From contig OY970309.1 in NCBI GenBank assembly GCA_963716395.1, positions 2,944,001 through 3,008,000 of the forward strand: a stretch of DNA of 64,000 nt. The letters run 5' to 3'. Each line of letters opens with the position of its first letter. The first letter of the stretch is position 1. Origin of the DNA: an uncultured Fibrobacteria bacterium (GTDB lineage Bacteria; Fibrobacterota; Fibrobacteria; UBA11236). The notes beneath the pieces were generated by a model. That model did no database searches. It saw only the letters and a program-made list of their open reading frames with translations, and had not been told where the DNA came from. The translations under genes were made by a program, and so were the position numbers. Of the stretch, positions 10,003 through 19,564 are shown piece after piece.

Positions 10003-10411
10003 CCTCGTCGGCGTCTTGCGGCGCAGGTGCGGCGTAATCCTCGGGTTTGAGATGCTTGGATTTCGCGTCGCCCCACAGACGTTCGAGGGAATAGTAGCCG
10101 CGCGTGTTCTTTTCGAACAAGTGGATGATGAGATCGCCGTAGTCGAGCACCGCCCAGCGCACGCCGGGAAGGTATTCGGATCGCAGGGCCTTGGTCGACT
10201 CGCGGCTCAAGGCGCGATAGATCGCGTTCAGCAAGGCGCGCATATGCGCTTCATTCTGGCAGGTGCAGATGAGATAGTAATCGGTCAGCGTGCTGAGTCC
10301 GCGCAGATCGAGCAGCACCGCGTCTTCGGCCTTGCGGGCGAAGAGTACGGCGGCCGCTTTGTCGGCGATGTCGAGGGCGCTCAGGGTTTGGGCAGATTTG
10401 GGTGGGGCCAT
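9989..10411 (-). CDS. rsfS: Ribosome silencing factor
   Basis: KAED..LLDLR...TDYY.IC...W..LDYGD.I.H.F...R.YY.LERLWGDA; start reassigned to ATG 10411 with GAGGAG SD. Confidence 0.92.
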   Translation of the reverse strand: MAPPKSAQTLSALDIADKAAAVLFARKAEDAVLLDLRGLSTLTDYYLICTCQNEAHMRALLNAIYRALSRESTKALRSEYLPGVRWAVLDYGDLIIHLFEKNTRGYYSLERLWGDAKSKHLKPEDYAAPAPQDADEDDDL

Positions 10412-10863
10412 TTTCGCATCAACTCCTCGTAGTCCTTTCCGATGATGACCGTCGCTTCCACCAAGGCGGCTTCCCGCTGCAGGTGGATGGGGCGATCGAT
10501 GCCCAATACTTTCGCCAAGTCCCCGGCAATGCGATCCGACGGCGAACGGGCGATGACCAAGGTGTGCTGGTAATTCCAACTGGAGGCATTGCCGAATTCA
10601 ATCACGTCAAACCCGAATCCCGTGAGGTAATCGCGGAAAGTTTCGGCGGCTCCGGACTTGCCGCAACCGTTCAGCACCTGGATTTGGCCGGTATTGGGAA
10701 CAAAGGTTTGCGTCTGATCGGTCGCTGGCTGGTGGCAGGCATTGGCGTAAAGGGCGCAGGCCAAAACCGCGGTCCACCCGAAAAGTTGGCGTCGGTGCAA
10801 ATGCGGCCATCGGCGGGGCAGACACAAAGCGGAGGAAAAACGGAAGGCAGGGAGTGCGGCCAA
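10381..10863 (-). CDS. LytR C-terminal domain-containing protein
   Basis: IQVLNGCGKSGAA...GFDV..GNA...VIIGKD is the LytR_C signature; usual neighbour of rsfS. Confidence 0.85.
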   Translation of the reverse strand: MAALPAFRFSSALCLPRRWPHLHRRQLFGWTAVLACALYANACHQPATDQTQTFVPNTGQIQVLNGCGKSGAAETFRDYLTGFGFDVIEFGNASSWNYQHTLVIARSPSDRIAGDLAKVLGIDRPIHLQREAALVEATVIIGKDYEELMRKWPHPNLPKP

Positions 10864-11424
10864 TTACGGGAACCGGCTCCAAAAAGGTTCGGCATAGGGG
10901 GCGCCATAGGCTTTCCACGCGTCTTGGGTCTTGACGAAATCCAGATTGAGCGAGAAATGGTCATTGGGTTTGTATTGCAGCCCGACGCGCGGAAAAATCA
11001 GCGACGAACCGGCTCCTTGCGACATAAGGGTATTGTTCATGCCGGGGACGGTGGAATAAATCGGCGTGTAGAAACCCATATCCATGGAAAGCGTCAGAGG
11101 TGCGGCCAGTCGATAGGTCAAGGTATTCAAATACACCCCGGAAGAGAGCGAACCTGCGGAACCGGAGGCATAAGAAAGCGAATAGCTTTGGTGCATGGAA
11201 AATCGGTCGGGCGTCAAAAACGAGAAACTCGGCGCATTCGAGCGGTATTCCGGCGCCAAAAGGTTTTGTGAATTGAAATCCTGATTGTTGATGACCACAC
11301 TCGAAGGCGCGGCCGGTGTTGAAGTCGAAACCATGGATGCCCGGTCGCTTTGGGCCGCACACATTCCCCAGAGAAGAAGAATCAAGGGGGAAGTCAGCGC
11401 GATTTGCATTTCTCCGTTCCGCAA
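10864..11424 (-). CDS. Hypothetical secreted protein
   Basis: Signal-peptide-like N-terminus, beta-strand-rich body; head of the LytR_C-rsfS-argS run. Confidence 0.65.
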   Translation of the reverse strand: MRNGEMQIALTSPLILLLWGMCAAQSDRASMVSTSTPAAPSSVVINNQDFNSQNLLAPEYRSNAPSFSFLTPDRFSMHQSYSLSYASGSAGSLSSGVYLNTLTYRLAAPLTLSMDMGFYTPIYSTVPGMNNTLMSQGAGSSLIFPRVGLQYKPNDHFSLNLDFVKTQDAWKAYGAPYAEPFWSRFP

Positions 11425-11614
11425 TAGCCTATATATAATAATACCAGGGCGCGGTTTTTAAAAAACGTAAAACAACCCCGGGTTTTTCGACCGTTTCCCT
11501 GGCCGGTTTCTAAAGCCGACCTCTAATAATCGGTCCGGGGGCCGCAGGCGGAGAATGTGATTATTGGAGGTACCAGAAATACCTAACCCCGGCCATTGAA
11601 CGTACCGGTAAAAA

Positions 11615-13366
11615 TTAAGGCGCTTCGAAGGTGTAATGGGCTTGCCAACCTTGTCCTTGATTCTTTCCATCCGTCACGAACCAGACCAACATTTTGTTCT
11701 GCGTGGAAGCCACAATTGGCGGCAGGTCGGGTCCACTGAACAATCCGAGTATCCGTGAATTTGTGCCGGCGCCGTCAAAGACATAAACCCAATCTCTTTT
11801 GGCTTCGGTTTCGAATTGGGTGAATTCCAATTTCACCACGCGGGTCGCGGGCGCGGTGATGAGCCACTTGCAATCCGAATAAGCGGAATAGAAATGGGGA
11901 CCGCTTCCGTCCTCGAAAGAGCCGTTGGGAACGTCCAGATGTTTCGTATCACGACAATACAATTTGCCGGAATCGGTCAGAGCCGCCTGAAATTCCAATT
12001 CCCAATGATATGCGCGATTTAGGTGGGCAGGAGTGAATTCGATGCGCACTCCGCTACCAGGTACAAATAAACTATCGGGAACAGAATTAAGGCGATAGGA
12101 GATGCCCTCCGCCGTCGGCGCGTCTGGGATGAAGCGCAGGAGGCTTTGATCCTTTTGGCGGGAATGAAAATTGAATTGCAGGCCGGGAAAGATTCCGGAT
12201 GGCTGCAGATGCCACTCATAATGGTCGGCGGCATTGGCGAGAAGTAACCTTTTCCATAAGCTGCCGCTTTTTTTCCGGAAGAGGATGGCCCCCTTCGGAT
12301 TTCGCAAAACGAATTCACCCGGTCGGCTGGCTCGATCCACATCGGAGCGAAGGAATCTTTCCGCATTAATTTTTCCCGCCCCCAATTTGCCGGCGTATTG
12401 CGGATTGGCGGAATCAATGGGGTCGGCCGAATTTTGCAACAGCCACAGGATTTCGTGCGGAGACAGGCCGGGGTCCAATCTCATTTTCAAGGCGATCAGC
12501 GCCGCGACCATTGGGGCGGCCGCCGAAGTGCCTTCAAATTCAGATCGGCTGGTATCGGAAATCGCGTCGGGGCTGTAAATCGCCTGTCCCGGCGCCGAAA
12601 CGGCTATGTCTTCGCCGTAATTCGAACTCGGAAGTTTTCGTCCGGTAGAATCTAAGGCCGCAACGGCAATGACGCCGGGGTAGGCCGCCGGGTATTGCGG
12701 CTGCTCGGTGGAAAAATTTCCGGCCGAAGCGACCACAAGGATCCCCTTGCTCTCGGCTTTCTGCAACCAGGCTTTGTCGGCATTGGTAAAAACGCCTCCA
12801 CCCCACGAACAGATGATCACATCCGCACCGGCCGCGATGGCATAGGCGATTCCCTGATAGGCGTCTTTCATCAAGGTCGTTTCCGATTGATCGGATAGGC
12901 ATTTCACGGGAATGATTTGCACCGGCACTTCGAAAGAGTCAGGCGTCACGGCTTTTACGATCGAGGCGATGATTCCGGCATTATGCGTACCGTGGCTTTC
13001 GGACAGAAACCGATTCGCGGGCGGCCGCACGTCATTGTCGTGATCGGACACATCCCAACCTTCGGTGTCGTCCACATAGCCGTTGCCGTCGTCATCCAAG
13101 CCGTTATCGGGAATGTCGTTTTTATTCTTCGCCCAAAATCCGCGCAGGTCGCGATGATCGAGGCGAAAGGCGTCGTCGATGACGGCGATTTTGATGGGAC
13201 GGCCTTTTGGAAAGGCAAGCGGGCCGGGTAGATGGAGCTCTTTAAGATACCGGAACAAGGAGGAATCGGTCTCATTCGCCGGTAGAAGTTTTAAGCACAA
13301 TCCGCCCGTAAAGAGCAAGCCGAAGATGAAGGGAAATTGAGACGATTTCAAATCACGAAAAGGCAA
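11615..13366 (-). CDS. S8 (subtilisin-like) serine peptidase with C-terminal CUB domain
   Basis: Catalytic D (IAVIDD), H (SHGTHNAG), S (GTSAAAP); DNGLDDDGNGYVDD Ca-binding loop; CUB: C...F.DGSG..Y....C.WLI...F..F.TE...D.V..FDG. Confidence 0.9.
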   Translation of the reverse strand: MPFRDLKSSQFPFIFGLLFTGGLCLKLLPANETDSSLFRYLKELHLPGPLAFPKGRPIKIAVIDDAFRLDHRDLRGFWAKNKNDIPDNGLDDDGNGYVDDTEGWDVSDHDNDVRPPANRFLSESHGTHNAGIIASIVKAVTPDSFEVPVQIIPVKCLSDQSETTLMKDAYQGIAYAIAAGADVIICSWGGGVFTNADKAWLQKAESKGILVVASAGNFSTEQPQYPAAYPGVIAVAALDSTGRKLPSSNYGEDIAVSAPGQAIYSPDAISDTSRSEFEGTSAAAPMVAALIALKMRLDPGLSPHEILWLLQNSADPIDSANPQYAGKLGAGKINAERFLRSDVDRASRPGEFVLRNPKGAILFRKKSGSLWKRLLLANAADHYEWHLQPSGIFPGLQFNFHSRQKDQSLLRFIPDAPTAEGISYRLNSVPDSLFVPGSGVRIEFTPAHLNRAYHWELEFQAALTDSGKLYCRDTKHLDVPNGSFEDGSGPHFYSAYSDCKWLITAPATRVVKLEFTQFETEAKRDWVYVFDGAGTNSRILGLFSGPDLPPIVASTQNKMLVWFVTDGKNQGQGWQAHYTFEAP

Positions 13367-13378
13367 AAAAGAAAGATT

Positions 13379-14269
13379 CTAATGTATGGTTTCGGTGCCC
13401 ACCGTGTCACCCAAGGGGTAATTGGAAAGGCCGGAACCTTGACCAAATCCCACGGGTACCCGTCCTCTTAAATCCGGAAGCGCGAAATTGGTGGTACCAT
13501 TACCGCCATAGGTTGTGCCGAGCAGGGAAAACACGGCCTGATATTGATTGATGGGCAACAGTTGTCCATTGCAAAAGGCCCAACCCGTCGGCGCAAAATT
13601 TCCCGCGAACATGATGATTTCCGCGAGATAAGGTTCATTGGCTTGGTTTTGGGAAGGGAAAACACCTTGCAGCGCGATGATGTAGTTGAGCGCTAAAGAA
13701 GGTTGACGATTATCCAAATTCAATGAATCCAAGGCGGCATGGGTTAAGGATAATGGCTTTGACACCCAATTGTTACCGTCCCATGTCATCAAATCATTGG
13801 GATTGGTTCCGGGATTGAGTCCGATGGTCAGGGTCGTGTCGATCGACACGGGCGCTTTGCCCTTGTAGCCGGATCCCGCGAACAAGGCGTAAGGCACGGA
13901 AAGCAATTTGTTGTTGGAAACGGTTTTGAACGCCGACCCTCCCTGCGGATCGATTTCAATTTTCAAATACTTTGGGCCATTACCCCACGCCACGGATGAA
14001 AAGGTTCCGGTAACCGGGGTTCCGGTGCCGATGGCGGTGCTGACCAGCCCGAATTGATCCGTGGTCAGCGATTGGGTTTCAGAATAGATCGCGCTGCCGG
14101 CGCTGTCTGTCGATAGGCTGGCCCGCAAGGAAATTTTTTGGTTGGCCAGAATTTTCCCGCTGGAATCCCGCGCCACCGCTTGGTACTTGAAGGCCTGAGG
14201 CGGCTGGGCCAAGGCGCCCAGAGGAGCGAATAGGGCCAATCCGATTAGTAATTTCGCCCGCATCTGCAT
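13379..14269 (-). CDS. Secreted fibre-like protein with phage tail collar domain
   Basis: Signal peptide, QPPQAFKYQAVARD...SVPYALFA N-domain, then EIIMFAGNFAPTGWAFCNGQLL...LLGTTYGG.G..NFALPDLRGRVP collar motif. Confidence 0.85.
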   Translation of the reverse strand: MQMRAKLLIGLALFAPLGALAQPPQAFKYQAVARDSSGKILANQKISLRASLSTDSAGSAIYSETQSLTTDQFGLVSTAIGTGTPVTGTFSSVAWGNGPKYLKIEIDPQGGSAFKTVSNNKLLSVPYALFAGSGYKGKAPVSIDTTLTIGLNPGTNPNDLMTWDGNNWVSKPLSLTHAALDSLNLDNRQPSLALNYIIALQGVFPSQNQANEPYLAEIIMFAGNFAPTGWAFCNGQLLPINQYQAVFSLLGTTYGGNGTTNFALPDLRGRVPVGFGQGSGLSNYPLGDTVGTETIH

Positions 14270-14280
14270 AATCGACTCCG

Positions 14281-14775
14281 CTATTTGGTTTTTACAAAAG
14301 TGAAAATTTTATCGATGTCCTGATCGGCATTGCGAACTTTCAACACAAATCGCCCACTCCCGAATCGCGCCACATCCAAATCTACGCCGTTTTGGCTGTG
14401 CACCAAAAGCACGGTTTTCTCCAGGGATTTGCCGGAAAAATCGAAAAGTTCCACATTCCATTTTGATCCGGGTTCACCCAGATCAAGGTGTACTAGGCCC
14501 CCAAGGGGATCGGAAATCAGTTGCAGAGCATGGTGCTGAATTTCGGGAACGAGTGCCGAATTGATTGCGTTCGAATCGCTTTGTTCAAAGCCTTGCGTAA
14601 ATATGTGACCGTTGGAAAAAGTCCCCGTGATGGTCTCTCCCAAATTCCATTGCCAATACACTTCCCCATTGGCGGATGCTCCGCCGTCCGAGCCCACGAC
14701 TTCACGCTCTACGGTCTGTGCCTTGGCGTTGAAAACGCATGCCAATAGAAGCAAGAGAGAGGGCGCACGCAGCAT
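14281..14775 (-). CDS. Small secreted protein with T9SS type-A-like C-terminal domain
   Basis: Signal peptide; VVGSDGG...WNLGE...TQGFEQ N-part; C-terminal LFDFSGK...SGRFVLKV...FTFVK. Confidence 0.75.
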   Translation of the reverse strand: MLRAPSLLLLLACVFNAKAQTVEREVVGSDGGASANGEVYWQWNLGETITGTFSNGHIFTQGFEQSDSNAINSALVPEIQHHALQLISDPLGGLVHLDLGEPGSKWNVELFDFSGKSLEKTVLLVHSQNGVDLDVARFGSGRFVLKVRNADQDIDKIFTFVKTK

Positions 14776-15168
14776 GAGTGGAATAGTAGCTTTCCGCCGA
14801 CTTCCGCAATTTAAAATTCCTGAGTGTTATATTAACGACGCGTTGGGCGGATAGCTTGAGTATTCAAAATTAACGTTTTCGGTGGGGGCGCCGAGGGGTT
14901 TAAGCGTATCGGGTTAAAGGAATTTAATCGGGGCGGGCGGAGGAAAGTCCGTTAAGGCAGCGGCGGCGGCCTGATAAGTTAAAGCAATAAAAAGCCGGAT
15001 TACCTTCTATTTTAGCATTCAACCCGAATTTGAAGGTAACCATTATGTTACAAGCTTGTAAGATGGGATAGGGTAGGGATTCTCTCTTTTCACGTTTATC
15101 AGAATTCCGAGCCGCAATGGGCTGCGGAAAATTACCCTCGAGTGAATCAAGGTTGAAAAAGAGGAGCC

Positions 15169-16794
15169 GTGGCCGATCCGCTTGAAAAGCAAAAATTAAA
15201 TCGTGATTTTGGCGACATTGATTACCTGAATTTATTGAATTCTCGTCGCGATATTTTTGAAATCGAGGGAAATAAAAGCCTGTACCGGATCGGCGAATTT
15301 GCGCTTGTATTCGGGATTTGTTTTGGTATCGGTCTGTGGATGGCCTTGCGCGCGATTATCCCCGCGCAACTCTTACTCGCGCCCGACGAAAACCATGGCG
15401 GATTTGAAAATCAAAATGATGAAATCAATCCGCCACTGCGCGAGAAAGGTGTTCAATTTGTTTTGAAAACGAACAAAGCCATTCCGAAAAAGCATTCAAT
15501 CAATGGTGCATCGGCTCTTTCTCTTCAGAAAAAAAAAGCTTACCGAAAATCCAGCCAAAGGTTAAACCCCTCCCGGACGGGCGCAACCAGAACGGGTGTA
15601 ATGAGGGTGCGCCAGCCCATGCCGTCTGTCACGACTTCCGGTTCGCGCAGTGCTAATCAGAAGGCCGTTCAAAATCCGATTGAGGAAACTTCTTTGCTGC
15701 AACGGGGTGATGCCTTGAAAAAACATCGCGACTATACGGGCGCGTTGGAAGCCTATCAGCGCGTGTTGGCGCAGAGCCCCGAAAACAGCGGCGCGCTGGC
15801 GGGAAAAGGAGACCTATTCAGCTATACCGGGGAATTCGACTCGGCAATAGCATATTACCGCGAGGCCCTGGCCGTAAATTCCCGGAATCCGGCGATTCAT
15901 AACGGCCTGGGTTCGGCGCTGTACTATCAATCGCAACGCACCTTGACACCCGATTTTGCGAAGTCCCGGCATATTCAGGATCCGGCGCGATACCTGGAGA
16001 ATCAATATGATAGCGCGATTGCCGAGTACACCGAAGCGATATCGCTCGACAGCAGCTACGTTGAAGCGCTGACGAATCGAGGGGTGCTTCGCGACCTCGA
16101 AAACGATCATGCGGCCGCCATCAAAGATTATACCCTCGCCATTCGAATCAATCCCGCGGATGCCACCGCCTACAGTAAGCGGGCGTCGATCTATGCAAGT
16201 CTGGGAAGGTTTGACGAGGCGGTGGCCGACTACTCCGCAGCCATTAACCTGGACAGTTCGACCTATGAATTCGACCCGACCCTCCATTTTGCCAACGCCT
16301 ACTTCGGTCGCGGGGAAGCCTATTACAAATTGGGAAAGCTTGACAAGGCGATTGCCGATTTTGACAGCGCCCTGGTTCTTTCACCCGGGCACTCCCTGGC
16401 CTATCTCAGAAAAGGGGCCGCGTTCGCCGGCGAAGAACATTATGACAGTGCGATTTCCGCGTATACCAAAGCCATCTCCCTGCTCACGCCCGATGAATAT
16501 CACGGCTCCAGAATGCTGGCATACTTGCTGAGAGGCAATGCCTGGAAAGCTCTGGGGCAATATGACACGGCCATAGCCGACTATCGGAGAGCCATGACCG
16601 CATCCGATCAGGCATCAAAGGCGTGCTGGCGTATTGCGGAATGCTATTGCTTTAAGCAAGACACCCTGAATGCACTGGCTTGGTTAAAGAAAGGCCGATC
16701 GCTCAAGTTCGTCGAAATCGTAAAGTGGAGGGACGATAGAGAGCTTTCGATGCTCTGGAATTTACCGGAGTTTAATGAACTTACCCGTGAGTAA
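15169..16794 (+). CDS. Membrane-anchored tetratricopeptide repeat protein
   Basis: One N-terminal TM helix, basic linker, many TPRs (A...RG.....G....A..DY..AI...P). Confidence 0.85.
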   Translation: MADPLEKQKLNRDFGDIDYLNLLNSRRDIFEIEGNKSLYRIGEFALVFGICFGIGLWMALRAIIPAQLLLAPDENHGGFENQNDEINPPLREKGVQFVLKTNKAIPKKHSINGASALSLQKKKAYRKSSQRLNPSRTGATRTGVMRVRQPMPSVTTSGSRSANQKAVQNPIEETSLLQRGDALKKHRDYTGALEAYQRVLAQSPENSGALAGKGDLFSYTGEFDSAIAYYREALAVNSRNPAIHNGLGSALYYQSQRTLTPDFAKSRHIQDPARYLENQYDSAIAEYTEAISLDSSYVEALTNRGVLRDLENDHAAAIKDYTLAIRINPADATAYSKRASIYASLGRFDEAVADYSAAINLDSSTYEFDPTLHFANAYFGRGEAYYKLGKLDKAIADFDSALVLSPGHSLAYLRKGAAFAGEEHYDSAISAYTKAISLLTPDEYHGSRMLAYLLRGNAWKALGQYDTAIADYRRAMTASDQASKACWRIAECYCFKQDTLNALAWLKKGRSLKFVEIVKWRDDRELSMLWNLPEFNELTRE

Positions 16795-16867
16795 GGTGGG
16801 GGAATCGAAGACCGACTCCGCTTCGGTTTGCGGGGCCCATTGAAAAATTTCGTCGCCGCCGGGAATA

Positions 16868-17239
16868 CTACCCCACCTCGTCGGGAAGGGAATGGGCGGG
16901 ACGGTTTTTGCCGTCTACTTTAACCAATTTCGGGCTGAAGCCTTCCAACTCAGCTTCGGATCTCCATGTGAAGGACATGATAATGGCGATATCCCCGATA
17001 TGCACCAGGCGGGCCGCGGCTCCGTTAATGCAGATCTCGCCCGATTCAGGCTTGCCGAGAATGCAATAGGTTTCGAAGCGCGCGCCGTTGTTCAAGTCAA
17101 CGACTTGAACTTTTTCGTATTCCCGCAAATCCGCCAAGCGCATCAGCACCGGATCGATGGTGATGGAACCTTCGTAGTGCAAATTCGCGTCGGTAATAAT
17201 GGCCCGATGAATTTTCGATTTCAGGATTTCCCGCAGCAT
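16868..17239 (-). CDS. panD: Aspartate 1-decarboxylase
   Basis: [25 protein letters not shown] with GS self-cleavage site, [18 protein letters not shown]; start reassigned to 17239. Confidence 0.96.
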   Translation of the reverse strand: MLREILKSKIHRAIITDANLHYEGSITIDPVLMRLADLREYEKVQVVDLNNGARFETYCILGKPESGEICINGAAARLVHIGDIAIIMSFTWRSEAELEGFSPKLVKVDGKNRPAHSLPDEVG

Positions 17240-17249
17240 CTGGCATTGT

Positions 17250-17897
17250 TCAGAAGCGAAGCCCAAGGTCCAAAGCGGCTCCGTCGCGCAGCGGGTTGAG
17301 GTTCAAGCTAAAACGTTGCGCCTCCTGGTTGTCGACATAACGGGTATGGATGAAGGCGTCACCCGCACTCCAAACCATGGTGACCAGCAGCATGATGGGA
17401 TAAATGGGTTTGACGCTTTTGGAGCCCGAGCTGGTTTGGCTTTGATCTAGAAAGGTCAACGCCAAACTTCCCGCCGCCACGGTGGAAAGTGCCAACCCCA
17501 GATACAGGCGGTGCGTTTGATAGTGATAATAGCCGGGTAAAAAGAAGGCGATGAAAGGCGTCAATTCGTTGGCCTGCTGTTTGTGAAAATTTTGATTGAT
17601 GTCGTCATCGGCCATGCCGCCTTTTTTTTCGTCCAGCCATTGCGATTCGGAAACGCCCAGTTTTTTCCACGGCTGGCTGAAATACTGATTCGGGCTGACA
17701 CCGATTTCCAACAGGTGCATGAGCTTGGATCGCGACATTCCGTGCTCTTTCACCATCTGGAATTCCTGCTGGGAGATACCGAGATCCTCGGCCGTCACAT
17801 CTGCCCATTCGTTATCGTCGGCATGCGCCAGCATCGGCGCTGCAAGGATCATCGCCGACATCCAAACCGCGCAGAACGTTTTCATCATGGCCTTCAA
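17250..17897 (-). CDS. Hypothetical exported/membrane protein
   Basis: Signal peptide, short LG(I/V)S repeats, C-terminal hydrophobic helices. Confidence 0.65.
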   Translation of the reverse strand: MKAMMKTFCAVWMSAMILAAPMLAHADDNEWADVTAEDLGISQQEFQMVKEHGMSRSKLMHLLEIGVSPNQYFSQPWKKLGVSESQWLDEKKGGMADDDINQNFHKQQANELTPFIAFFLPGYYHYQTHRLYLGLALSTVAAGSLALTFLDQSQTSSGSKSVKPIYPIMLLVTMVWSAGDAFIHTRYVDNQEAQRFSLNLNPLRDGAALDLGLRF

Positions 17898-17962
17898 CCT
17901 TTCCCGAAGATCATGCTTAAAATAACGAGTTCTTCGCCGCCTTGTTGGGAAAACCGCGGCGC

Positions 17963-18049
17963 TGGTGCCGAGGGGGGGACTTGAACCCCCACAGGGTCGC
18001 CCCTACCGGATTTTGAGTCCGGCGCGTCTACCAGTTTCACCACCTCGGC
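17963..18049 (-). tRNA. tRNA-Leu(CAA)
   Basis: Reverse complement GCCGAGGTGGTGAAACTGGTAGACGCGCCGGACT-CAA-AATCCGG...GGTTCAAGTCCCCCCCTCGGCACCA: 7-bp acceptor stem, long variable arm, T-loop, encoded CCA. Confidence 0.97.
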
Positions 18050-18190
18050 CGGAAACGGGAACCATCCGCTTCGATACAGCGGAGCAAATATAAATTCGCC
18101 GCACGCTTGACCGAACCCCGGAAAGCTCCGGTTCGGAAAGAAGAGCGAATTTTCGCTTTGGCCACGGCGGGCGAATCTCCTCCTGGCGCC

Positions 18191-19243
18191 TCACGGTGAC
18201 GGCACGATTAGAAAGGCGAACCCCAAGGGCGTGAAGATGCGGTTGCCTTCGCGTTGGGCGCTCAAGGCGTCGGGAAAATTTCCGAAGAGCACCCGATACT
18301 CGGGTACGGCTTCGGTGCCGCCGCGCAGAATTTGAATTTGCAGGCCTTTGGCGGCCAAGCGCCGGCGCATCTGCTCGGCGTTGGCGGAGTGGGAAAAGAC
18401 GCCCAATTGCAAGCAGAAACCCAAGTGGGATGCAGAAGCCGGTCTGGTTTCGGTTACGACTTCGCGGAGCTCCGATTGGCCTTCGGCGGTTGTCTCTTCG
18501 CGGTGCGAGGCGCGCAGAAGGCGGGCTTCAGGAGCGCCCGATGCGCGCAGAAACAAAGAATCTCGGAATTCCCGCGCGAGGCGAGGGTGATCGGCGCGTT
18601 CCAATTCGGAGGAGAGCAGCCATACGCCCGGAGCTTCGTCGGGCAAGGCGTCATTCCGGGCTTGGGCCAGGGCCTTCGCTGCCGCCGCCGCATCACCCTT
18701 GGCCGAAAACAGCCGGGCCTTTAATTCCAAGACCGCGGCGGCATTGGCCGGCGGCGTGGCATGGGCCGACAGTTCCTCGACATAATTCAGTCCGGTATCG
18801 AGGTAGGCCGTATGCCGCGGCACCTGCGCGTATTGCAGGCAGGAGTATCCCATCCAAAACGCCGCCGCATCGGCGTACGGTCCGACGGGAAATTCGCGCA
18901 GGTACTCCCGGAATTGCGGAATGGAAAAATTGTAAGCACCATCGGCGTAATAGTATTGCCCCAGTCGGAACAAGCCTTCGCCGCGGAGTTCCGCCGGCGC
19001 TTCGGAATCTTCGGCCGCGGTTTCATAACCTTTGCCGGCGAGTTCGCCTTCCAAGGTATAGCGTCCGGCCATAAGACCCGCCAGGGCCGGCAGCAAGGTC
19101 GATTCGGAACGGGTCACTGCCTCCAAGGCCGCATCCAAATGCCCGTGATTGGCCAGGTCGGCGGCTTGTTGCTCCACCGAATCAGCGTCCACCGGCGTCG
19201 CATTCAATACGGTAAGGCCCGAAGCCAGCGCCAGCCACCACAT
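18191..19243 (-). CDS. SPOR domain-containing protein with TPR-like N-terminus
   Basis: C-terminal LQLGVFS..ANA...L...G...YRV.FG.F SPOR motif; signal peptide and TPR-like helices. Confidence 0.8.
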   Translation of the reverse strand: MWWLALASGLTVLNATPVDADSVEQQAADLANHGHLDAALEAVTRSESTLLPALAGLMAGRYTLEGELAGKGYETAAEDSEAPAELRGEGLFRLGQYYYADGAYNFSIPQFREYLREFPVGPYADAAAFWMGYSCLQYAQVPRHTAYLDTGLNYVEELSAHATPPANAAAVLELKARLFSAKGDAAAAAKALAQARNDALPDEAPGVWLLSSELERADHPRLAREFRDSLFLRASGAPEARLLRASHREETTAEGQSELREVVTETRPASASHLGFCLQLGVFSHSANAEQMRRRLAAKGLQIQILRGGTEAVPEYRVLFGNFPDALSAQREGNRIFTPLGFAFLIVPSP

Positions 19244-19246
19244 GGC

Positions 19247-19564
19247 TTACGCTTCCGGCGGTAGGTCCGAAGTCGGGTTGCGCGCGCTGTGGGTGGCTTC
19301 CAACTCTTGCTGCAGTTTGGCGATTTGTTGGTCCCGTCCGCGCAGTTTCCATTGATAACGAAGGATACGCCAGGCATCGAGAAACAGAAAAACCAGGCCG
19401 CCGGCCACGAAGCTGAGAAAGATCCAGATGCCGAGAACCCAGGCCACGTGCCAGCGCAGAAAGGAGAATTCGACCACGTTGCTTAGGGCTTGTTGGTTTT
19501 GGAATACAGCCGTGGCCAGAGCGAGTACCAGGACCAGAAAAGCGATGCGACGGATGAATCTCAT
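19247..19564 (-). CDS. LapA-family (LPS assembly protein A-like) membrane protein
   Basis: MRFIRRIAFLVLVLALATAVFQNQ..V.FSFL.W, second TM, coiled-coil tail; true start 19564 lies within the longer track ORF; ATGA overlap with miaB. Confidence 0.75.
   Translation of the reverse strand: MRFIRRIAFLVLVLALATAVFQNQQALSNVVEFSFLRWHVAWVLGIWIFLSFVAGGLVFLFLDAWRILRYQWKLRGRDQQIAKLQQELEATHSARNPTSDLPPEA

Noticed and set aside
13379-14269. Tail-collar gene as evidence of a prophage or contractile injection system
   Set aside because: No capsid, sheath, baseplate, terminase or integrase genes nearby, and the protein has a signal peptide
15025-15055. TTATGTTACAA resembling the XerD arm of dif
   Set aside because: No XerC arm ending in ATAA at the required 6-bp spacing; it lies in a divergent promoter region
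17963-18049. tRNA-Leu as the integration site of the lower-GC 11.6-16.8 kb segment
   Set aside because: panD and another gene intervene; I saw no integrase or duplicated tRNA 3' end
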